DNA of 64,000 nt, taken from assembly GCF_009914755.1 (NCBI RefSeq), contig NC_060939.1, one strand, 5' to 3'. Positions within the stretch are counted from its first letter, which is position 1; every line of letters starts with the position of its first letter. The stretch is from the human T2T-CHM13v2.0 reference genome, Homo sapiens. The translations under genes and the position numbers were made by a program. Below are positions 54,001 to 64,000 of the stretch, one piece after another. Below the pieces are notes generated by a model, which was not told the DNA's origin, searched no databases, and saw only the letters and a program-made list of their open reading frames with translations.

Positions 54001-57000
54001 AACATTTGAGTCCATTCAATTCCATTCCTTTCGTTTCCATTCCATTTGATGCCATTCCATTCAATTCTGTTCTACTCGACTCCAATACATTCAATTCCAT
54101 TCCATCCGATTCCATTACATTCTTTTCATTTCTTATCCATTTCAAGCCATTCCACTCCATTCCATTCCACTCGTTTCCTTTCCATTCGAGTCCATTCCTC
54201 TCCAGTCCATTCCGTTCAATCCATTCCATTCCAGTCCATTCCATTCGAGTCCGTTCCATTCCAGTCCATTCCATTCGAGTCAATTCCATTCCATTCGATG
54301 TCTTTCCATAACGATCCATTCCATTCTATTCCTTTCGATTCCATTCCATTCTATTTCATTCCATTCGATTCCCTTCCATTGGACTCCTTTCCATTCGAGT
54401 GCATTCCATTCCGTTCCATTTCTTTCCGTTCTGTACGATTCCTACCGTTCGATTTCATTTTGTTCCAGTCCATTCTTTCGCGTCCATTCCATTCCATTTC
54501 ACTCCATTCGATTCCATTCCACTCGATTCCACTTCGTTCCATTTCATTGCATTCCATTCTATTCAACTCTATTGCCTTCCATTCCATTCCATTCGATTAC
54601 ATTCCATGCGATTCCATTCGAAATCGAATCAATTACATTGCAATCCATTACTATTGAGTCCGTTTTATTCCAGTCCACTGCATTCTGGTCCATTCCATTT
54701 GATTCCATTCCATTCTATTCCATTCCATACAGTTGCATTCCATTGGATTCCATGCTATATCTATAAATTCAATTCGAGACCATTGCTTTTGAGTCCATTC
54801 TATATGATTCCATTCCATTCAAGTCCATTACATTTGGTTCAATTCCATTCCATTCCATTCCCTTTCATTCCATTCCATTTGATATCAATCCATTCGATTC
54901 CATTCCATTCGAGCACATTCCATTTGATTCTATTCCATTAGTCTCCATTCATTTCCATTAATCTCCATTCCATTCCATTCTACTCCAACTGATTCCATTC
55001 CATTCTATTCCTTTCCATTCCATTTCATTCCATTCCATTCCATTTCATTCCATTCCATTCCATTCGTGTCCATTCCACTCCAGTCCATTCCATTCGTGTC
55101 CATTCCATTCCAGTCCATTCCATTTGTGTCCACTGCATTCCATTCCACTCCATTCCATATTATTCCATTACACTCCATTCCATTCTATTACTTTCATTTC
55201 CATTCAATTCCATTCCATTTGATTCCATTCCACTCGGTTTCATTCCATTTGAGTCCACTCCATTCCATTCCATTCCATTCCATTCAGTTCCATTCCATTC
55301 TGTTCCATTCCATTCCGTTCCATTACATTCCATTCCATTCGGTACCATTCCATATTGTTCCATTCGATTCCATTCGAATCCATTCCATTCCAGTCCATTC
55401 CATTCAATTCCATTCCATTCATTTCAATTCCATTCCATTCCATTCCATTACATTCCACTTGATTCCTGTCCGTTCCCTTCCACTGCATTCCATTCGATTC
55501 CATTCCATTGCATTGCATTCCATTCCATTGGATTGCATTCCATTCGATTCCATTCCATTCGAATCAATTACATAGCAATCCATTACATTCGAGTCTATTC
55601 TATTCCGTTCCATTCGATTTCGTTCCAATCCATTCGATTCCATTCCATTCGATTCCATTCAATACTATTGCATTCCATTCGATTACATTATATTCGAATA
55701 AGTTCCATTCAAGACCATTTCTTTTGAGTCCATTCTATTTGAGTCCATTCCCTTTGATTCCATAACATTTGAGTCCATTCAATTCCATTCCTTTCGTTTC
55801 CATTCCATTTGATGCCATTCCATTTAATTCTGTTCTACTCGACTCCAATACATTCAATTCCATTCCATCCGATTCCATTACATTCTTTTCATTTCTTATC
55901 CATTTCAAGCCATTCCACTCCATTCCATTCCACTCGTTTCCTTTCCATTCGAGTCCATTCCTCTCCAGTCCATTCCGTTCAATCCATTCCATTCCAGTCC
56001 ATTTCATTCGAGTCCGTTCCATTCCAGTCCATTCCATTCGAGTCAATTCCATCCCATTCGATGTCTTTCCATAACGATCCATTCCATTCTATTCCTTTCG
56101 ATTCCATTCCATTCTATTTCATTCCATTCGATTCCCTTCCATTGGACTCCTTTCCATTCGAGTGCATTCCATTCCGTTCCATTTCTTTCCGTTCTGTACG
56201 ATTCCTACCGTTCGATTTCATTTTGTTCCAGTCCATTCCTTTCGCGTCCATTCCATTCCATTTCACTCCATTCGATTCCATTCCACTCGATTCCACTTCG
56301 TTCCATTTCATTGCATTCCATTCTATTCAACTCTATTGCCTTCCATTCCATTCCATTCGATTACATTCCATGCGATTCCATTCGAAATCGAATCAATTAC
56401 ATTGCAATCCATTACTATTGAGTCCGTTTTATTCCAGTCCACTGCATTCTGGTCCATTCCATTTGATTCCATTCCATTCTATTCCATTCCATACAGTTGC
56501 ATTCCATTGGATTCCATTCTATATCTATAAATTCAATTCGAGACCATTGCTTTTGAGTCCATTCTATATGATTCCATTCCATTCAAGTCCATTACATTTG
56601 GTTCAATTCCATTCCATTCCATTCCCTTCCATTCCATTCCAGTTGATATCAATCCATTCGATTCCATTCCATTCGAGCACATTCCATTCGAGTCCATTCC
56701 ATTCGATGCCATTCCATTTGATTCTATTCCATTAGTCTCCATTCAATTCCATTAATCTCCATTCCATTCCATTCTACTCCAACTGATTCCATTCCATTCT
56801 ATTCCTTTCCATTCCATTTCATTCCATTCCATTCCATTTCATTCCATTCCATTCCATTCGTGTCCATTGCACTCCAGTCCATTCCATTCGTGTCCATTCC
56901 ATTCCAGTCCATTCCATTTGTGTCCACTGCATTCCATTCCACTCCATTCCATATTATTCCATTACACTCCATTCCATTCTATTACTTTCATTTCCATTCA

Positions 57001-57650
57001 ATTCCATTCCATTTGATTCCATTCCACTCGGTTTCATTCCATTTGAGTCCACTCCATTCCATTCCATTCCATTCAGTTCCATTCCATTCTGTTCCATTCC
57101 ATTCCGTTCCATTACATTCCATTCCATTCGGTACCATTCCATATTGTTCCATTCGATTCCATTCGAATCCATTCCATTCCAGTCCATTCCATTCGATTCC
57201 ATTCCATTCATTTCAATTCCATTCCATTCCATTCCATTACATTCCACTTGATTCCTCTCCATTCCCTTCCAGTGCATTCCGTTCGATTCCATTCCATTGC
57301 ATTGCATTCCATTCCATTGGATTGCATTCCATTCGATTCCATTCCATTCGAATCAATTACATAGCAATCCATTACATTCGAGTCTATTCTCTTCCGTTCC
57401 ATTCGATTTCGTTCCAATCCATTCGATTCCATTCCATTCGATTCCATTCCATACTATTGCATTCCATTCGATTACATTATATTCGAATAAGTTCCATTCA
57501 AGACCATTTCTTTTGAGTCCATTCTATTTGAGTCCATTCCCTTTGATTCCATAACATTTGAGTCCATTCAATTCCATTCCTTTCGTTTCCATTCCATTTG
57601 ATGCCATTCCATTCAATTCTGTTCTACTCGACTCCAATACATTCAATTCC
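51001..57650. repeat. Near-identical recurrence of window positions ~1-6650 (offset ~50,995-51,000 bp)
   Basis: Shared rare markers in the same order: ATTCATTTCC (451/51451), CTTTGGAGTCC (1988/52983), 30 bp deletion after GAGCAC (~3926/~54921), CCTGTCCGTTCC (~4470/~55465), CATTTAATTC (~4826/~55821). Confidence 0.88.
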
Positions 57651-58439
57651 ATTCCATCCAATTCCATTACATTCTTTTCATTTCTTATCCATTTCAAGCC
57701 ATTCCACTCCATTCCATTCCACTCGTTTCCTTTCCATTCGAGTCCATTCCTCTCCAGTCCATTCCGTTCAATCCATTCCATTCCAGTCCATTCCATTCGA
57801 GTCCGTTCCATTCCAGTCCATTCCATTCGAGTCAATTCCATTCCATTCGATGTCTTTCCATAACGATCCATTCCATTCTATTCCTTTCGATTCCATTCCA
57901 TTCTATTTCATTCCATTCGATTCCCTTCCATTGGACTCCTTTCCATTCGAGTGCATTCCATTCCGTTCCATTTCTTTCCGTTCTGTACGATTCCTACCGT
58001 TCGATTTCATTTTGTTCCAGTCCATTCCTTTCGCGTCCATTCCATTCCATTTCACTCCATTCGATTCCATTCCACTCGATTCCACTTCGTTCCATTTCAT
58101 TGCATTCCATTCTATTCAACTCTATTGCCTTCCATTCCATTCCATTCGATTACATTCCATGCGATTCCATTCGAAATCGAATCAATTACATTGCAAACCA
58201 TTACTATTGAGTCCGTTTTATTCCAGTCCACTGCATTCTGGTCCATTCCATTTGATTCCATTCCATTCTATTCCATTCCATACAGTTGCATTCCATTGGA
58301 TTCCATGCTATATCTATAAATTCAATTCGAGACCATTGCTTTTGAGTCCATTCTATATGATTCCATTCCATTCAAGTCCATTACATTTGGTTCAATTCCA
58401 TTCCATTCCATTCCCTTTCATTCCATTCCATTTGATATC

Positions 58440-61400
58440 AATCCATTCGATTCCATTCCATTCGAGCACATTCCATTTGATTCTATTCCATTAGTCTCCA
58501 TTCATTTCCATTAATCTCCATTCCATTCCATTCTACTCCAACTGATTCCATTCCATTCTATTCCTTTCCATTCCATTTCATTCCATTCCATTCCATTTCA
58601 TTCCATTCCATTCCATTCGTGTCCATTCCACTCCAGTCCATTCCATTCGTGTCCATTCCATTCCAGTCCATTCCATTTGTGTCCACTGCATTCCATTCCA
58701 CTCCATTCCATATTATTCCATTACACTCCATTCCATTCTATTACTTTCATTTCCATTCAATTCCATTCCATTTGATTCCATTCCACTCGGTTTCATTCCA
58801 TTTGAGTCCACTCCATTCCATTCCATTCCATTCCATTCAGTTCCATTCCATTCTGTTCCATTCCATTCCGTTCCATTACATTCCATTCCATTCGGTACCA
58901 TTCCATATTGTTCCATTCGATTCCATTCGAATCCATTCCATTCCAGTCCATTCCATTCCATTCCATTCCATTCATTTCAATTCCATTCCATTCCATTCCA
59001 TTACATTCCACTTGATTCCTGTCCGTTCCCTTCCACTGCATTCCATTCGATTCCATTCCATTGCATTGCATTCCATTCCATTGGATTGCATTCCATTCGA
59101 TTCCATTCCATTCGAATCAATTACATAGCAATCCATTACATTCGAGTCTATTCTATTCCGTTCCATTCGATTTCGTTCCAATCCATTCGATTCCATTCCA
59201 TTCGATTCCATTCAATACTATTGCATTCCATTCGATTACATTATATTCGAATAAGTTCCATTCAAGACCATTTCTTTTGAGTCCATTCTATTTGAGTCCA
59301 TTCCCTTTGATTCCATAACATTTGAGTCCATTCAATTCCATTCCTTTCGTTTCCATTCCATTTGATGCCATTCCATTTAATTCTGTTCTACTCGACTCCA
59401 ATACATTCAATTCCATTCCATCCGATTCCATTACATTCTTTTCATTTCTTATCCATTTCAAGCCATTCCACTCCATTCCATTCCACTCGTTTCCTTTCCA
59501 TTCGAGTCCATTCCTCTCCAGTCCATTCCGTTCAATCCATTCCATTCCAGTCCATTTCATTCGAGTCCGTTCCATTCCAGTCCATTCCATTCGAGTCAAT
59601 TCCATCCCATTCGATGTCTTTCCATAACGATCCATTCCATTCTATTCCTTTCGATTCCATTCCATTCTATTTCATTCCATTCGATTCCCTTCCATTGGAC
59701 TCCTTTCCATTCGAGTGCATTCCATTCCGTTCCATTTCTTTCCGTTCTGTACGATTCCTACCGTTCGATTTCATTTTGTTCCAGTCCATTCCTTTCGCGT
59801 CCATTCCATTCCATTTCACTCCATTCGATTCCATTCCACTCGATTCCACTTCGTTCCATTTCATTGCATTCCATTCTATTCAACTCTATTGCCTTCCATT
59901 CCATTCCATTCGATTACATTCCATGCGATTCCATTCGAAATCGAATCAATTACATTGCAATCCATTACTATTGAGTCCATTTTATTCCAGTCCACTGCAT
60001 TCTGGTCCATTCCATTTGATTCCATTCCATTCTATTCCATTCCATACAGTTGCATTCCATTGGATTCCATTCTATATCTATAAATTCAATTCGAGACCAT
60101 TGCTTTTGAGTCCATTCTATATGATTCCATTCCATTCAAGTCCATTACATTTGGTTCAATTCCATTCCATTCCATTCCCTTCCATTCCATTCCAGTTGAT
60201 ATCAATCCATTCGATTCCATTCCATTCGAGCACATTCCATTCGAGTCCATTCCATTCGATGCCATTCCATTTGATTCTATTCCATTAGTCTCCATTCAAT
60301 TCCATTAATCTCCATTCCATTCCATTCTACTCCAACTGATTCCATTCCATTCTATTCCTTTCCATTCCATTTCATTCCATTCCATTCCATTTCATTCCAT
60401 TCCATTCCATTCGTGTCCATTCCACTCCAGTCCATTCCATTCGTGTCCATTCCATTCCAGTCCATTCCATTTGTGTCCACTGCATTCCATTCCACTCCAT
60501 TCCATATTATTCCATTACACTCCATTCCATTCTATTACTTTCATTTCCATTCAATTCCATTCCATTTGATTCCATTCCACTCGGTTTCATTCCATTTGAG
60601 TCCACTCCATTCCATTCCATTCCATTCAGTTCCATTCCATTCTGTTCCATTCCATTCCGTTCCATTACATTCCATTCCATTCGGTACCATTCCATATTGT
60701 TCCATTCGATTCCATTCGAATCCATTCCATTCCAGTCCATTCCATTCGATTCCATTCCATTCATTTCAATTCCATTCCATTCCATTCCATTACATTCCAC
60801 TTGATTCCTCTCCATTCCCTTCCAGTGCATTCCGTTCGATTCCATTCCATTGCATTGCATTCCATTCCATTGGATTGCATTCCATTCGATTCCATTCCAT
60901 TCGAATCAATTACATAGCAATCCATTACATTCGAGTCTATTCTCTTCCGTTCCATTCGATTTCGTTCCAATCCATTCGATTCCATTCCATTCGATTCCAT
61001 TCCATACTATTGCATTCCATTCGATTACATTATATTCGAATAAGTTCCATTCAAGACCATTTCTTTTGAGTCCATTCTATTTGAGTCCATTCCCTTTGAT
61101 TCCATAACATTTGAGTCCATTCAATTCCATTCCTTTCGTTTCCATTCCATTTGATGCCATTCCATTCAATTCTGTTCTACTCGACTCCAATACATTCAAT
61201 TCCATTCCATCCGATTCCATTACATTCTTTTCATTTCTTATCCATTTCAAGCCATTCCACTCCATTCCATTCCACTCGTTTCCTTTCCATTCGAGTCCAT
61301 TCCTCTCCAGTCCATTCCGTTCAATCCATTCCATTCCAGTCCATTCCATTCGAGTCCGTTCCATTCCAGTCCATTCCATTCGAGTCAATTCCATCCCATT

Positions 61401-62900
61401 CGATGTCTTTCCATAACGATCCATTCCATTCTATTCCTTTCGATTCCATTCCATTCTATTTCATTCCATTCGATTCCCTTCCATTGGACTCCTTTCCATT
61501 CGAGTGCATTCCATTCCGTTCCATTTCTTTCCGTTCTGTACGATTCCTACCGTTCGATTTCATTTTGTTCCAGTCCATTCTTTCGCGTCCATTCCATTCC
61601 ATTTCACTCCATTCGATTCCATTCCACTCGATTCCACTTCGTTCCATTTCATTGCATTCCATTCTATTCAACTCTATTGCCTTCCATTCCATTCCATTCC
61701 ATTACATTCCATGCGATTCCATTCGAAATCGAATCAATTACATTGCAATCCATTACTATTGAGTCCGTTTTATTCCAGTCCACTGCATTCTGGTCCATTC
61801 CATTTGATTCCATTCCATTCTATTCCATTCCATACAGTTGCATTCCATTGGATTCCATGCTATATCTATAAATTCAATTCGAGACCATTGCTTTTGAGTC
61901 CATTCTATATGATTCCATTCCATTCAAGTCCATTACATTTGGTTAAATTCCATTCCATTCGGTTCAATTCCATTCCATTCCATTCCCTTCCATTCCATTC
62001 CAGTTGATATCAATCCATTCGATTCCATTCCATTCGAGCACATTCCATTCGAGTCCATTCCATTCGATGCCATTCCATTTGATTCTATTCCATTAGTCTC
62101 CATTCAATTCCATTAATCTCCATTCCATTCCATTCTACTCCAACTGATTCCATTCCATTCTATTCCTTTCCATTCCATTTCATTCCATTCCATTCCATTC
62201 CATTCCATTCCATTCCATTCGTGTCCATTCCACTCCAGTCCATTCCATTCGTATCCATTCCATTCCAGTCCATTCCATTTGTGTCCACTGCATTCCATTC
62301 CACTCCATTCCATATTATTCCATTACACTCCATTCCATTCTATTACTTTCATTTCCATTCAATTCCATTCCATTTCATTCCATTCCACTCGGTTTCATTC
62401 CATTTGAGTCCACTCCATTCCATTCCATTCCATTCAGTTCCATTCCATTCTGTTCCATTCCATTCCGTTCCATTACATTCCATTCCATTCGGTACCATTC
62501 CATATTGTTCCATTCGATTCCATTCGAATCCATTCCATTCCAGTCCATTCCATTCGATTCCATTCCATTCATTTCAATTCCATTCCATTCCATTCCATTA
62601 CATTCCACTTGATTCCTCTCCATTCCCTTCCACTGCATTCCGTTCGATTCCATTCCATTGCATTGCATTCCATTCCATTGGATTGCATTCCATTGGATTG
62701 CATTCCATTCGATTCCATTCCATTCGAATCAATTACGTAGCAATCCATTACATTCGAGTCTATTCTCTTCCGTTCCATTCGATTTCGTTCCAATCCATTC
62801 GATTCCATTCCATTCGATTCCATTCCATACTATTGCATTCCATTCGATTACATTATATTCGAATAAGTTCCATTCAAGACCATTTCTTTTGAGTCCATTC
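58440..62900. repeat. Second recurrence, related to ~3890-8340 (offset ~54,548-54,558 bp) and to ~54890-57650 (offset 3,553 bp)
   Basis: Carries the 30 bp deletion (~58474), the CCTGTCCGTTCC unit type (58619), then the unit type with the 15 bp TGGATTGCATTCCAT duplication and TACGTAGC (62679; compare 8121 and 28546). Confidence 0.8.
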
Positions 62901-64000
62901 TATTTGAGTCCATTCCCTTTGATTCCATAACATTTGAGTCCATTCAATTCCATTCCTTTCGTTTCCATTCCATTTGATGCCATTCCATTCAATTCTGTTC
63001 TACTCGACTCCAATACATTCAATTCCATTCCATCCGATTCCATTACATTCTTTTCATTTCTTATCCATTTCAAGCCATTCCACTCCATTCCATTCCACTC
63101 GTTTCCTTTCCATTCGAGTCCATTCCTCTCCAGTCCATTCCGTTCAATCCATTCCATTCCAGTCCATTTCATTCGAGTCCGTTCCATTCCAGTCCATTCC
63201 ATTCGAGTCAATTCCATCCCATTCGATGTCTTTCCATAACGATCCATTCCATTCTATTCCTTTCGATTCCATTCCATTCTATTTCATTCCATTCGATTTC
63301 CTTCCATTGGACTCCTTTCCATTCGAGTGCATTCCATTCCGTTCCATTTCTTTCCGTTCTGTACGATTCCTACCGTTCGATTTCATTTTGTTCCAGTCCA
63401 TTCCTTTCGCGTCCATTCCATTCCGTTTCACTCCATTCGATTCCATTCCACTCGATTCCACTTCGTTCCATTTCATTGCATTCCATTCTATTCAACTCTA
63501 TTGCCTTCCATTCCATTCCATTCGATTACATTCCATGCGATTCCATTCGAAATCGAATCAATTACATTGCAATCCATTACTATTGAGTCCATTTTATTCC
63601 AGTCCACTGCATTCTGGTCCATTCCATTTGATTCCATTCCATTCTATTCCATTCCATACAGTTGCATTCCATTGGATTCCATTCTATATCTATAAATTCA
63701 ATTCGAGACCATTGCTTTTGAGTCCATTCTATATGATTCCATTCCATTCAAGTCCATTACATTTGGTTCAATTCCATTCCATTCCATTCCCTTCCATTCC
63801 ATTCCAGTTGATATCAATCCATTCGATTCCATTCCATTCGAGCACATTCCATTCGAGTCCATTCCATTCGATGCCATTCCATTTGATTCTATTCCATTAG
63901 TCTCCATTCAATTCCATTAATCTCCATTCCATTCAATTCTACTCCAACTGATTCCATTCCATTCTATTCCTTTCCATTCCATTTCATTCCATTCCATTCC

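Larger units (their letters stand above)
1..64000. repeat. Human satellite III (HSat3) array, diverged (CATTC)n on + strand / (GGAAT)n on - strand; pericentromeric or acrocentric short-arm heterochromatin
   Basis: ATTCC pentamers and single-base variants (ATTCG, ATTTG, AGTCC, ATTCA, ATTAC) fill the window end to end. The + strand is pyrimidine-rich and G-poor throughout. I saw no inversion and no foreign insert. The ATGATG-type motifs typical of HSat2 are absent. Confidence 0.97.

Noticed and set aside
48-63907. Hundreds of ORFs (up to 390 aa at 22851-24023) as protein-coding genes
   Set aside because: A 5 bp repeat gives the same stop-free 5-aa repeat in every frame (FHSIP on +, MEWNG on -). 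The ORFs overlap in all frames, are freely frameshifted by 5, 10 and 20 bp and 1 bp indels, and have no domain structure. The longest one exists only because of the 23.7 kb junction.
1-64000. CRISPR-like array or repeat-spacer system
   Set aside because: There is no constant repeat separated by unique spacers, all intervening sequence is degenerate pentamer, and there are no cas-like genes.
1-64000. HSat2 (chromosome 1 1.8 kb unit) or DYZ1 (3.6 kb) identity
   Set aside because: It lacks the HSat2-type CATTCGATGATG/ATCATC motifs and has long CATTC runs. The basic period is 1.8 kb; the 3,553 bp spacing is a single local event and not a 3.6 kb unit.
1-64000. Embedded Alu/L1, alpha satellite, telomeric repeat or strand inversion
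   Set aside because: None seen. There is no poly-A tract, no GC-rich segment and no GGAAT run on the + strand.

Overview
The whole 64 kb window is one uninterrupted, single-orientation block of classical human/hominid satellite III (HSat3), a diverged (CATTC)n / (GGAAT)n pentamer satellite. It is organised as about 35 tandem ~1.8 kb units (1,758-1,844 bp, plus one aberrant 2,379 bp unit), each with one KpnI site. This matches my recollection of the D15Z1 1.8 kb KpnI family on the chromosome 15 short arm, but that assignment needs an alignment to confirm. I found no genes, RNA genes, transposons or CRISPR arrays. All ORFs are arithmetic by-products of the pentamer (FHSIP / MEWNG repeats), and I see no evidence of a new gene-based system. 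The real signal is nested architecture: 5 bp, then 15/30 bp, a hidden ~0.9 kb ancestral half-unit, the 1.8 kb unit, a very recent ~18.3 kb duplication with a ~20.4 kb period, and ~51-54.5 kb recurrences. There is also an out-of-register junction with 18 bp of microhomology, several chimeric units, and allele switches that look like gene conversion. Variant comparisons were made by eye, so counts are minimums.
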